Numbered from the stretch's first letter, positions 1-10,492 are shown. The stretch is DNA of 64,000 nt from an uncultured Verrucomicrobiae bacterium (GCA_963788655.1 CAWBHS010000011.1:1-64000); one strand, 5' to 3'. A program made the numbers and translations. The notes: generated by a model not told the origin, from the sequence alone.

Positions 1-100
1 TTTATTCTCTGCTGTACACCCATCAGACCGCAGCCATCTGCTTCCCGCTACATCGAGAAAGTGGCCCCGGGTCGGCCGTCGCAGGAACATTCCCGCACGG

Positions 101-454
101 ATGCGACCCCGAACACGAAATCCCCGGCCAGGGAATCGCCAGGGCGGCGGCGCCCGAAATGACTCCCCAGAGGAAGTTGGTGGCGCAAACGTCTTTCATG
201 CCGATTGCGGAGTCTATCTCGGCCAGGAATGGCTGAACTTCGATCCGCGTTTCAACGTCCCGCGCATTGGCCGAGTCAAAGTCGTGCATGGCGCGGACGC
301 CGTGGATGGCGCGTTTGCGACGATCTACGGCGAGGCCAACCTGACCATGTTTGAAGTCTGGGCTTACTAGGTGAACCCGTTGGAGGTTTCCGTCGGGGAT
401 CCCATTGATTTATCCAAACGCCTGGACGGCAAGCCGACCGTGCGACTTGGTTAA
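101..454 (+). pseudogene. 3' part of a transglutaminase-like family gene, degraded or miscalled, with an in-frame TAG at 368-370
   Basis: FHADCGVYLGQEWLNFDPRFNVPRIGRVKVVHGADAVDGAFATIYG resembles the His/Asp-bearing C-terminal half of bacterial transglutaminase-like proteins. The frame continues past the TAG as VNPLEVSVGDPIDLSKRLDGKPTVRLG to TAA at 452-454. The 5' part is not recognisable. Confidence 0.6.
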
Positions 455-924
455 CCCAAACAACCATGACGATGGCGGTTGGTAATTCGATGCACGACGT
501 CTGGCACCTCGCGGCCATCCGCCCGTTCGCTTCGCGGGTAGAAGCGGTGGGCTACCCTCGGCGCAAGGCGCGCGCGGCGATGAGTGTCGTGGCTGCCTCG
601 TTCGAACCTCTTCGGCCACAATTTTCAGAGGTAGTTGGCTTCCCTTGAAACAAAGCCTTGACTTAAGTCAATGATTTGTTACTATCATTTACTCAGATTA
701 TTAGCAGTCGTGAACTCGGTATCCAACTACGGATCGGGGAAAGACCTGAGCGAGTGCATGATGTTTCGAGGTTTACTGCTGGATTAGATTTCCGGAGTTT
801 GCGCAGCGCCCGGTTCCACTGGGACCGACCTTCCTGCATTGGTCCTCGTAGTTCATTAATTCGTCGAACGACCTAAAATCAAAGCTCCGTCGCGGCGACG
901 GCAAAAACTCAACTCCAGCGTTTC

Positions 925-1645
925 ATGAATACGAAAATCTTCCGCTCACTAATTTCTCCCCGCAAACGGATTCGTTTGGCCGCAATGAAATTCGCGACTC
1001 GAGCTCCTTTGGGTCGTCTCAGCGCCCGGCTCAATCGCTTAACCGGCGCGCACGCGCTGGCAATCATGCTGTTTGCGCTGCTGCTGGCAGCCCCAATATC
1101 AGCCTATGCTCAGAAGCCCCCCGTAAATGTCGTAACCACAATCACTTGCGCTTCGAACCCTTTCAATATCTGCCAGGACCCGGTCACCCTTACTGTGGAC
1201 ATCGCGAAAGCACCGGTACGCCAGGGGGGACTTTCTTCCAAACTCTCCCAACCAAATGCAAAGTCGTGAACCTCGTCCGGCTTGCGCGGGCGTTACAGTC
1301 GTGCTTTCCGGCACGCCAAACGGCAACATTATCACCTACAGTTTATCAGTTGGTCTGGTTAACTGCACGGTGACCGCAGATTTCATCATTCCCTGCGATG
1401 CCAAACCCGACCCTATAACCAAAACCCTCGAGATCACCTACAGCTCGCGGAATCTTTCGCTCACGGCACCTCCCGCTTCTTTCCAGGTGCGCGTCCCCAT
1501 AATGAACCTCGATAATTTTATTGACGACGCCAGTAACCCTATTGATGGTACACGAACCTACACATTCACTCAGGACCTTCTCGTGTCGCCAGGCCGCTTT
1601 CGCCAGTTCGATTGCCTTGTTTCGGATGGTATGTCGTGTCCTTAG
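925..1645 (+). CDS. N-terminal part (signal peptide plus first domain) of a giant secreted protein, frameshifted near 1207, 1275 and 1630
   Basis: Signal peptide ALAIMLFALLLAAPISAYA|QK. Protein-like sequence moves between the overlapping ORFs 925-1269, 1146-1373 and 1256-1645, then into 1612-4260. Confidence 0.6.
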
Positions 1646-4260
1646 AATTCACTTATATTCATGAAAGTGAGATCCGGCCTGACCGGTTTAAGCTCCAAGG
1701 CGTTCTAGCGAAGGAAATCTTACTACGTTCAGGAAGTTCATTCCTCCAACTCAGATCATCAAAATCTGCGGTAGCGGAGTTTACCTTGCGGAAACTGTTT
1801 GGGCCGGGCAAAACTTTGGAAATGGTACAATGGCTCGAAAGAGTCCGGATCACCGAGCACTTTGACGTGATCCAATGTTCGCCGAAGGGCAACAATGATG
1901 GCACGGTATTCACCCTCAACTGGGACTGCCCGGCGCAAAACAACAACCCTTGCGACACCGACACCGCTAGACGGTATATCAAGGTGGAATCAAGTGACAA
2001 CCCGATGGTGCCCACGCTGGAGTTTCAACCGGCCCTTGTGCTCTGCGGAAACCCACCCTCCGACATCATCTTGCATTTTAGGAACCCTGGCCCCGATGCC
2101 GGCAAACTTCCTGGGTCCAACATGAAATCGCTGCACAAAATTTTTATCGAGATGAAGCAGGATGTCTTTGTCAACGGGGGCGGGACGTTCCCTCTCGCCG
2201 ACATATGCCTTGAAAATGGAAGTGCATCCGACCAAGCGCCTGTTGATCCCTCGGCGCCAAAAGGATTACCGATGGGCTTTTACACCTACTCTGGAACGGC
2301 TGGACTTCCCGCAAATTCTATCCCCGGCATCACTCATGCAATTCATCCGTACACGGTCGTTCTTGATTTTGATGTTCTCAACGGAGTCAATCTGACCGGT
2401 TCGCCATACAATTGGACCTCCTCCCCGCTGGTAAATGGATTCATACCTGATAACGTTTTTAACGAATTGAACGAGAGCAAAACGATCAGCCTCCGCTTTA
2501 AAGGCGCAAGTTTCGACTGCACGAATGCGCGGTTCTATCATGGTGAATCTTTTACCGACTGGCCGAAGCCGGCGTTCAACCGGATGTTTTTCGGCGATGG
2601 CATCAATAATTATTATGATACTTCCAACAGGAGATATTACGGCTCCGCCTTCGACTTCTATTACGATAACATGTGTCAGGACAACACCCGGCCCCAAACT
2701 TCGACCGCCGGGAACTATTTCAACGATTTCCCGGTCACGGCCTTCGCGGAAGCGGACAAGACCGACGTTGTGGACGCCGGGCCCATTTCCGACCCACGGC
2801 GGAAGGCTGTGCTCGATTTTTACTGGCAATACTCGGGAGGCCGCGCTTCGCCTTCACCCTTCAATTTCAATCCCTACGGCGCCTCCCGCCCATATTTCGA
2901 TTGCGTGGACACTTATCAGGCCGAAATCACCATTCCCACCTATTTCCAGTTGAACAGCGCCAGTTATTTTTCGGACCCAAACAAACGGGTGAATCCGGTC
3001 AATCTTACCCTTGGCACTCCCCAACTCCGCAAGGTGGGCCCGCTCGATTATTACGTTTATACCACGGGGGACATTTTGGGTATGAACGGCCGCCTTTCTC
3101 TGGACGTCACCCTGACCAATTGTCCGCCTGGGACCGGCGATTTCACCACGTTTACCGTGAACATCCAGGCCCTTTGCAAACGTTGCTTGACTTGTCCCAG
3201 TTGCCTGACTTGTCCCTATACCGTCGCCCGCATGACCGAGGATCTCTATTTCCATTGCCGCGGCAACTGCGACGGCGGTCCGCCCCAGGGAACCTACGAT
3301 TTTTTGTTCAACCGGGTCACGCTTGGATGGGATCCGGTGGACCCGGCGGGGCTGTCGGTGCCGGTGACAACGGCGTCGCCCATTTTAACGAATCGGGCGT
3401 ATAAATGCGACGAGATCGCATTGTCTTCCCATGGATTCTTTGATGCCGGCGATTCGAGGGTGGTCTTGAATCCAAATTCGTTCCCAGATCTTTACTTCGG
3501 CATAGACTACCCCCCCGGGGTCGATTACCAGTTCTTTGAGTTTGTCAGCGGCTCCATCGAATACGGTAAGTTCGACCTCGATGCCAACGGGGATCCACTC
3601 ACCACGATTACCTACGGGGCGGCAGTTGGCCTGCCGGCCAAGTACCCCATCACCACCGATGATTTGTCAGACACAGTCAATGCCTTAAACCCCGCCTCTA
3701 AAAAATGGCCCCTCAAACCGAACAATCCACCTTGGCCCCCTATTGTGGGTGACCCTCCTCCCAACTGCACGCTATGGGTCAACATTCCGCACAGCGACTT
3801 TGACGATATTAAAGCGACGATGTATTCGTCGGTGCAACTCAAACTGGAGATGGTTGTCAGAGTGCGGCCGATGGCTGATTTGCCAGCGGGCTACTACGAC
3901 CTGTCGCAGATCAGGGCAGGGTTTTACATCAAAGAACCGAGCTGCGACACTCGGGGCGATAACATGAATGTGCTCAATGTCTTGGTTACCAACAAATTTC
4001 AGATTTACCCCGATTACTATGGCCTTCCGGGGGACCTCTTCTTCGGGCCAAAGACCTTTAACGGCGTTTGCCTGCGGTCTTTCCTGTTCAGCACGACGGT
4101 GAAGGGCGGGTTGCCCGCGATGGATGATTTTCCCAATGAACTTCGCCCCGTCGCTGAGTGGCCTGGTGCACGGCGCACTGACTCACAACGGCGGTCCCGC
4201 ATCCGGCGCCGCTTCCGCTCCGCCCGAGATGACCCTGCCGCCCGGGCCGCCCGTGATTAA
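1612..4260 (+). CDS. Central part of the giant secreted protein (beta-rich, unknown function)
   Basis: 882-aa ORF rich in N/D/T/P/C with no signal peptide of its own. Sequence turns Arg-rich and implausible after RPVAEWPG (~4170), where the 4124 frame takes over. Confidence 0.75.
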   Translation: MPCFGWYVVSLEFTYIHESEIRPDRFKLQGVLAKEILLRSGSSFLQLRSSKSAVAEFTLRKLFGPGKTLEMVQWLERVRITEHFDVIQCSPKGNNDGTVFTLNWDCPAQNNNPCDTDTARRYIKVESSDNPMVPTLEFQPALVLCGNPPSDIILHFRNPGPDAGKLPGSNMKSLHKIFIEMKQDVFVNGGGTFPLADICLENGSASDQAPVDPSAPKGLPMGFYTYSGTAGLPANSIPGITHAIHPYTVVLDFDVLNGVNLTGSPYNWTSSPLVNGFIPDNVFNELNESKTISLRFKGASFDCTNARFYHGESFTDWPKPAFNRMFFGDGINNYYDTSNRRYYGSAFDFYYDNMCQDNTRPQTSTAGNYFNDFPVTAFAEADKTDVVDAGPISDPRRKAVLDFYWQYSGGRASPSPFNFNPYGASRPYFDCVDTYQAEITIPTYFQLNSASYFSDPNKRVNPVNLTLGTPQLRKVGPLDYYVYTTGDILGMNGRLSLDVTLTNCPPGTGDFTTFTVNIQALCKRCLTCPSCLTCPYTVARMTEDLYFHCRGNCDGGPPQGTYDFLFNRVTLGWDPVDPAGLSVPVTTASPILTNRAYKCDEIALSSHGFFDAGDSRVVLNPNSFPDLYFGIDYPPGVDYQFFEFVSGSIEYGKFDLDANGDPLTTITYGAAVGLPAKYPITTDDLSDTVNALNPASKKWPLKPNNPPWPPIVGDPPPNCTLWVNIPHSDFDDIKATMYSSVQLKLEMVVRVRPMADLPAGYYDLSQIRAGFYIKEPSCDTRGDNMNVLNVLVTNKFQIYPDYYGLPGDLFFGPKTFNGVCLRSFLFSTTVKGGLPAMDDFPNELRPVAEWPGARRTDSQRRSRIRRRFRSARDDPAARAARD

Positions 4261-7200
4261 GCTGAGAAGTGCCGAATTCCTGGTCCCTGGCCGACCTGCA
4301 GACATTTTTGGGCAGTGGATCGGCGTGGCACACGAGGTTAAGCTAGGGGGACCGCTGCCGACAGTGACGTTCGACGGCTACATCGACGGCACCGGCACTC
4401 TGAAAAACTGGCCACTGTTCGACAAGGATGGTGACCCCATTGACATGTATATCCGGGGAGCGTTCAGCAATGAGTGCCCGGTTACTGTGGATGCTCTGGT
4501 TCCGCTCATGTTTCCCTACACCAGCCAATGGTACTCGCCTGACGCCGATTGTAAAACCGTGTTTTATGCCGATCCGACGGATCATTTAAAGCCGCTCGAT
4601 CTGACCTACTCGGCAGTCACCAAACTCAATACTCTCTCGCTACACAAGGCCGTAGATCCGTTTTCCGTCTTTTCAAGCACTCCCACGATAACCGGCCTCA
4701 CCTTAACTTTTGACGGTTGGCCGGGGACTTCGGTTAGCAATGCCTGGATTAAATTCTCTTCCCCCGGTTTGATCGTGACCCACGTTCAAAGGGGCAGCGG
4801 CCCATTTTTATTACCTGTCAACGGCTATTTTCATTTGGGAACCATCGAGAACGGATCCGCAAAGGCGGCGCTGATAAATTTCCAGGCGACACTCAACAAC
4901 TGTACCCCCGAAGTCAACATCCCGGTCACCATTGATTACGGTTACAATTGCTTTGGATTTCCTCCTGATTTCCCAGCCTGCTTCGCGGGACAGGGTAGTC
5001 TTGACGTGTATCCCGAGCCATCAGGCATGTCAATGACGGTGACTCCGCAGTCACAAACCGGAGTTCCGTGTGATACGTTTGATTACGTCGTGCGCATCAC
5101 CAGCACCCAGCTTGCCGACCTGGAGAATCCGCAACTGACCATCACGCTGCCCGCCGGGATGTCGTTTATCAAGGCGGAGTTCCAGAGGAACACAGACAGT
5201 TCGCGAACCCTTTTGGCCCGGCCAACGGGCAACGTCTTTGCCTGGAACATCAATCAGGTGGTGTACAACAATCAGGGAATGCCGCCCACTCCGGCCTATC
5301 TGGATTTGTTCGTTACCGTCATTGGCGGTTGCGCCGACTCCAATCCGCAACTCCTCTTTCAATCCAGCGGAGAGACGATCTGCGGAGGCGCCTTGAGCGT
5401 TGACGTCAACCCTTCACTTACGTTCACCAAACAGCCGGATCCTTCGGCCACGGCAACGGTGGCCATCACCCCGGTCACGGACTGCACCAGCCCGCTAAGT
5501 TTTGCCATAAATCTCGGCAACATTACTCACCCAGGCAACTTGATCGCCAAGGTCCATACCACTTACAATTCGGCGTTTATCCTGGCATCGTCCGTCCCTC
5601 AGGCTAAAAGCACTGCACCGGGAACCACTGACTGGGTGATTGATCCGGTCAGCGGCACCAGCCTCAACATTACGGCTGATCTCTCGATTCCAGCGGGTTT
5701 TTGCGACACCTTTCCGCTCACCGTGGTCGTGGATCTGATTGACGAAACCAGTTGCTGCACGAATACCGTGCAATATACCATCACCACCAACGAGCCCATT
5801 TGCTGCACCACCAACTGCTGCGAAGATTGCACGGAGGCGGATTATATCAGTTATAACGTGACCGTTAATCCAGGGGTCAATTACCTGGCGAACCATTTGT
5901 GCCAGGGCACGAACAACACAATTGAAAAAGTTCTGCCCACCGTGCCGGACGGCGCAATATTCTACGACTGGGACGAGGCAGCACAGGCCTACAGCCCGGC
6001 CCAGAGCTACTTTACCGGAGTTGGGTGGTTGGATCCATCATTTAACCCCTCCACTGACACCCTTGATCTCGGTGAAGGGTTCGTGCTGAACAATCCGGGC
6101 GCGGCGTTTACCCTCACCATCCAGGGATGTGATCCCGCTGGCTGTCTGCTGCCCTGTCTGCCTTCCACCAACCTCAACGACTGTGTGCTGGTCGGTCGGT
6201 ACGGCATCGGCACGGCCACCTGGATGAATCTCTCCCGTTGCGACCCCGAATGCGGCACGCGGGTGAGCATCTGGGATTCTACCAACCAGGTCTTCGGCGA
6301 CTACGATTATGTGAACGGCGTCTGGACGCCGCAGATCCCGGTGCTGGCGGTTGGGGAGTCGGCTTTCGTCTGCCTCCTGGCCAATACCAATTGCTGTGAG
6401 TTGCAGGTCCTTTGCGCCAGCAACAAGGTGGTGGAGTGCGGCACGGCTTGGACGTTTGATTCGCCCACAGTGCTTGCGAACTGTTGCACCAATTTCACCC
6501 TCGAAATCGTGAGCACGCTGACAAATCGTTCCGACCCGTGTGAAACCCTCATCACCCGATCCTGGCTGGTCACGGACTGCGAAACCAACAGTGCCACCTG
6601 CACCCAGACCGTCCGGGTGGTGGATACCACCCCGCCCGTCATCACCTGCGCCAACAACAAGACGGTGGAGTGTGGCACTAGCTGGACGTTTGACCTGCCC
6701 ACCGCTTATGACGTCTGCTGCACCAACGTGACCGTCGAGCTGGTCAGTTCGAACCTGGTGACCGGCCCGTGCCCGGACGTCTGGCAAGGCATCTGGCAGG
6801 CCATCGATTGCTGCACCAACATTTCCACTTGCACCCAGACGGTGACCGTGGTGGACACCACACCACCGGTTATTACCGATTGCTCGAACCTTTTTGTTTT
6901 GATTGCCAGTGGCCAGTCGTCCGCCGTCGTGAATTATGGGGTCAATGCCACGGACGCCTGTGCCAACCCGGTGACGTTGAGCTGCACACCACCAGCCGGA
7001 TCCTTCCCGCCTGGGATTCATCCCGTCACCTGCGTAGCCGTGGATGCCTGCGGCAACAGCAACACCTGCCAGTTCACCATTACGGTGTCCACCAACTGCT
7101 GCGATGGCTGTGAGCCACCGTATCCTGCCAGCTATACCGTGACTGTTACCCCAGGTGTCAACTTCCTCGCGAACCATTTGTGCCAGGGCACCAACAACAC

Positions 7201-8359
7201 CTTTGGGGATCTCCTGTCGAGTGTGCCCGTTGGTTCGCAGGTCCAGAAATGGAACGGCGCATCTTTTGTTCTATGGACCCGCGTGGGATTCGGCGCGGGC
7301 TGGTCTCCATCAGGTGGAGCCACCGAAACGCTTGACCCAGGCGAAGGGTTCGTGCTGAACAATGCCTCGGGCTCAAACTTCCCGCTCATCTTCGAGGGGT
7401 GTGAACCCACCTATTGCCCGATCCCCTGTCTGCCAACAACAAATGGAACCTCATCCCTCGTTGGCCGCCTCGGCATTGGGACCGCCACCTGGACCAATCT
7501 CTCCCGTTGCGACCCCGAATGCGGCACGCGGGTGAGCATCTGGAACGGCTCGGCCTACGACGATTACGATTACGTAAACGGTGCCTGGACGCCGCCCCTG
7601 CCGTCGCTGGCAATCGGCCAGTCGGCCTTTGTGAACTTGCTGGCCAATAGCAACTGCTGTGAACTGCAACTCCTCTGCGCCAGCAACCAGGTGGTGGAGT
7701 GCGGCACGGCGTGGTCGTTTAATCCGCCCACAGTGCTTACGAACTGTTGCACCAATGTCACCATTGCAGTCGTGAGCACACTGACCAACAGTTCGGTTCC
7801 GTGTGCAACCATGATCACCCGATCCTGGGAGGCTACGGACTGCAACGCCCACAGTGCGACTTGCACTCAGACCGTAACGGTGGTGGACACTACCCCGCCC
7901 ACCATGACCTGCGCCGGCGACCAGACGGTGGAGTGTGGTACTGACTGGACGTTTGATATCCCGCAGGTCTTTGACGCCTGTTGCGGGACGAACGTCACCC
8001 TCGCCATCCTCAGCACACAAACCAACGGTCTCTGTCCGCAGGTCACGACGAGGATCTGGCAGGCCACCGACTGTTGCGGCAATGTGGCGACTTGCACCCA
8101 GGTTGTAACTGTCGTTTTCAACGGTCCTCAGATAGTTCCGAATATCGTCACCTTGAACCATGATTCCACCGCTTTGCATCTAATCATTCAAACGCAGCCT
8201 TGTAACAACTACGTTTTTGAATGTAAGACCAGCTTGTCGCCTTCAGTTCCCTGGACAGTCTGCCAGACGGCGATCGGCGATGGAACGAATTATGAGTTTA
8301 TCGATCCGGCACCATTGCCAACCACCCGCTTTTATCGCGTGCGTCTGCTCTGTCCGTAG
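4124..8359 (+). CDS. C-terminal part of the giant secreted protein: DUF11-like and HYR-like repeats, a duplicated Cys-rich module and an RFYRV C-terminal domain
   Basis: 1411-aa ORF with three VVDTTPPxxTC/DC HYR-type junctions, two copies of the VTVxPGVNxLANHLCQGTNNT module, and the ending FIDPAPLPTTRFYRVRLLCP. Confidence 0.85.
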   Translation: MIFPMNFAPSLSGLVHGALTHNGGPASGAASAPPEMTLPPGPPVIKLRSAEFLVPGRPADIFGQWIGVAHEVKLGGPLPTVTFDGYIDGTGTLKNWPLFDKDGDPIDMYIRGAFSNECPVTVDALVPLMFPYTSQWYSPDADCKTVFYADPTDHLKPLDLTYSAVTKLNTLSLHKAVDPFSVFSSTPTITGLTLTFDGWPGTSVSNAWIKFSSPGLIVTHVQRGSGPFLLPVNGYFHLGTIENGSAKAALINFQATLNNCTPEVNIPVTIDYGYNCFGFPPDFPACFAGQGSLDVYPEPSGMSMTVTPQSQTGVPCDTFDYVVRITSTQLADLENPQLTITLPAGMSFIKAEFQRNTDSSRTLLARPTGNVFAWNINQVVYNNQGMPPTPAYLDLFVTVIGGCADSNPQLLFQSSGETICGGALSVDVNPSLTFTKQPDPSATATVAITPVTDCTSPLSFAINLGNITHPGNLIAKVHTTYNSAFILASSVPQAKSTAPGTTDWVIDPVSGTSLNITADLSIPAGFCDTFPLTVVVDLIDETSCCTNTVQYTITTNEPICCTTNCCEDCTEADYISYNVTVNPGVNYLANHLCQGTNNTIEKVLPTVPDGAIFYDWDEAAQAYSPAQSYFTGVGWLDPSFNPSTDTLDLGEGFVLNNPGAAFTLTIQGCDPAGCLLPCLPSTNLNDCVLVGRYGIGTATWMNLSRCDPECGTRVSIWDSTNQVFGDYDYVNGVWTPQIPVLAVGESAFVCLLANTNCCELQVLCASNKVVECGTAWTFDSPTVLANCCTNFTLEIVSTLTNRSDPCETLITRSWLVTDCETNSATCTQTVRVVDTTPPVITCANNKTVECGTSWTFDLPTAYDVCCTNVTVELVSSNLVTGPCPDVWQGIWQAIDCCTNISTCTQTVTVVDTTPPVITDCSNLFVLIASGQSSAVVNYGVNATDACANPVTLSCTPPAGSFPPGIHPVTCVAVDACGNSNTCQFTITVSTNCCDGCEPPYPASYTVTVTPGVNFLANHLCQGTNNTFGDLLSSVPVGSQVQKWNGASFVLWTRVGFGAGWSPSGGATETLDPGEGFVLNNASGSNFPLIFEGCEPTYCPIPCLPTTNGTSSLVGRLGIGTATWTNLSRCDPECGTRVSIWNGSAYDDYDYVNGAWTPPLPSLAIGQSAFVNLLANSNCCELQLLCASNQVVECGTAWSFNPPTVLTNCCTNVTIAVVSTLTNSSVPCATMITRSWEATDCNAHSATCTQTVTVVDTTPPTMTCAGDQTVECGTDWTFDIPQVFDACCGTNVTLAILSTQTNGLCPQVTTRIWQATDCCGNVATCTQVVTVVFNGPQIVPNIVTLNHDSTALHLIIQTQPCNNYVFECKTSLSPSVPWTVCQTAIGDGTNYEFIDPAPLPTTRFYRVRLLCP
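5810..8115 (+). repeat. Intragenic duplication of a ~1.27-1.28 kb module (copy 1 from ~5810, copy 2 from ~7091)
   Basis: Both copies start TNCC(E/D)xC. Bases 6227-6274 and 7496-7543 are identical over 48 nt, and gcgaaccatttgtgccagggcac occurs at 5888 and 7169. Confidence 0.9.
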
Positions 8360-8377
8360 CTTCTTGAATACGAGAAT

Positions 8378-8410
8378 CGCCGCAGGTCGAAACCTAATCG
8401 ATCTGCGGCG
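8378..8410 (+). terminator. Stem-loop just downstream of the giant gene (possible terminator or mRNA-stabilising hairpin)
   Basis: cgccgcaggtcga / tcgatctgcggcg form a 13-bp stem with one G-U pair. No strong U-tract follows. Confidence 0.4.
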
Positions 8411-8604
8411 TATCGCGTGCAGGATTTGCTTCATTCAAAAGCTTTGCGCCTCTTTGCTGACACGGCATTGGCATCAAGCGTCATGAACCTGAATTTCAGC
8501 ATTACGTTTACCGCCATTTCGTTCTACAGTGTGCGGTCATGCCGGTTGACGCAACAGAACGGATTTATGATTGGTCGCCCCGCGAAGCTCACTGGGGCGG
8601 GAGA

Positions 8605-10060
8605 ATGGCAAGGAGACTTGCCAGCACTGTGTTCACCATCCTGGCCGGCAGTTGCCTGCTGGCCGCCCAGGCTGGGCCTAAACTGTCTTTTACCGACATC
8701 TGGCGTGGGCCGAGTCTCCATGGAGGTCACGGTGCCATGTGGGCTGATGTGGACGGTGATGACCTACCCGATCTGTATCTGCCGCTGATCTTCTCGGGAA
8801 CCTTGCCTGACTTATTTCTGCACAACCAAGGCGGGGGCGCGTTTGTGGAGGAAGGCAAACTTCGCGGCATTGCGGACCGGGACGGCGGTTCTCACGGGGC
8901 GGCCTGGTGCGACTTGGACAATGACGGCGACTACGACTTGATCAACGGCACCACGTTCGAAGACGGCAGCGGCATCCAAAACGATGTGTTCCGGAATGAT
9001 GGGAACGGACGGTTCGTGGAAATGAAACCTCCGGCCCTCGAGTCGCGTCAGGAGGCCACCCGAGCGTTCCTCAGCTTTGACCTGGACCGAGACGGCGACC
9101 TGGATCTTTTCGGCGTCAACAATTACCAGGGCTCGGCAGACCCACCGGGCGAGCGAAACGAAGTCTATCGGAACGAAGGTGATTTCAAGTTTACGTCGGT
9201 CACCACCGGCGATTTATATACTGCCCCCGTGGGACAGGGGGCAACCGACACCGATTTTGACGGTGATGGCGACATTGATATACTGGCCGCCAATCGGTCC
9301 TGGGCCGGTTAACATCCTGAAGAATGACGGCCAAGGGAATTTCACGCTAACGGACCCTGCCTCAATCGGCATTCGGCACCAAGCTTTGGATGGGGTGACG
9401 ACGGCTGACGTGGATAACGATGGCGATCTGGATCTCCTGCTGATGGGCAACGGTGGAGCCGGAAATTTGTACACCAACGACGGAGACGGTACGTTCACTC
9501 ATGCGCAATCCTTTGCCGGAGCCGTCGGCTATATGGGAGGCTTTGCCGATTTGGACAATGATGGTGACTTGGATCTCTATTTCGCCGGTGATGCCAAAGT
9601 CTTCCTGAACGACGGTGAAGGCCGTTTTGCCCCTGGACCTGCGGTACCGGTGATTGGGACTAAAGATCCTCGCGGTGTTGCTTTTGCCGATCTGGATAAT
9701 GATGGTGACCTGGACTTTGCGTTCGGTGACAAACGGGCCAATCGGAATTACCTCCTTCGCAACGATCTTCGTGGTGGTGGAAACTGGTTAAAAATCCGGT
9801 TGGTCGCCCCCAACGGTCAAGCCGGTGCCTTTGGAGCCAAGACGTATATCTATGCCGTTGGTGAGGCAGGCAGCCAGCCCTTGGCCTTGCGCGAATCCCA
9901 AAGCAATTGCGGTTACCTGGGCCAGAACGATCCCGTGCTGCATTTCGGGCTCGGACCCCGTACGAGCGTCGATGTGGTGGTGGTGTTCTTGGATGGCACG
10001 AAGCAGAGGCGGCATCGTGTGACCGCCAACCAGACCATACGGATCATAGGTGTCCGGTGA
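8605..10060 (+). CDS. CRTAC1-like FG-GAP repeat / ASPIC-UnbV domain protein, secreted (one frameshift at ~9301)
   Basis: Signal peptide MARRLASTVFTILAGSCLLAAQA, repeated D(V/L/F)D(N/G)DGDLD motifs, and C-terminal GNWLKIRL...YLGQNDPVLHFGLG. ORFs 8539-9312 and 9077-10060 join if one base is removed at ~9301. Confidence 0.88.
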
Positions 10061-10168
10061 CGACCGGGTTGCCGCCGTTGCGTAGCCCATAATTGTCGCC
10101 CCCCACCTTTTCCCGTAGTACCGCGCCCGCCGCGCCCGCCGCTCGCGCAGGAACCGATCGCCATATTT

Positions 10169-10197
10169 AGTAGGAAAGGCGAGACGCCTGTCCTACT
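10169..10197. repeat. GTAG-type REP-like palindrome
   Basis: agtaggaaaggcg-aga-cgcctgtcctact forms a hairpin. Its reverse complement begins gtaggacaggcgtctcgcc, identical to 59193-59211. Confidence 0.75.
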
Positions 10198-10492
10198 GCA
10201 TAGTCACGGCTAAGTGGCCGCCCTCGGCCCGCAACGCCTACAGCAGTTTCATTCACGTATCTATTTAGATCCACTTGCAATCGAACGTGTGACGATGGAT
10301 TTTTCTGTCTCCTCAAACAACTTGCGTCCAGTCAGTTGCGCAACCAGCAACTCGAAAGAGCCATAAAAAGTTTGATGCTTTTGTAGTAGAGTTTTTATGA
10401 TGATGTTCTCGTCGTTTGACGGGCGGACGCTCGGCGGCTGGTCGGTGAACGGACGTTTAAACACTCAAAGAAAACTCAGAACAGAAAACGAC

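Noticed and set aside
5810..8115. Duplicated module as a diversity-generating retroelement TR/VR pair
   Set aside because: There is no reverse transcriptase in the window, both copies are coding, and the differences include indels and all base types.
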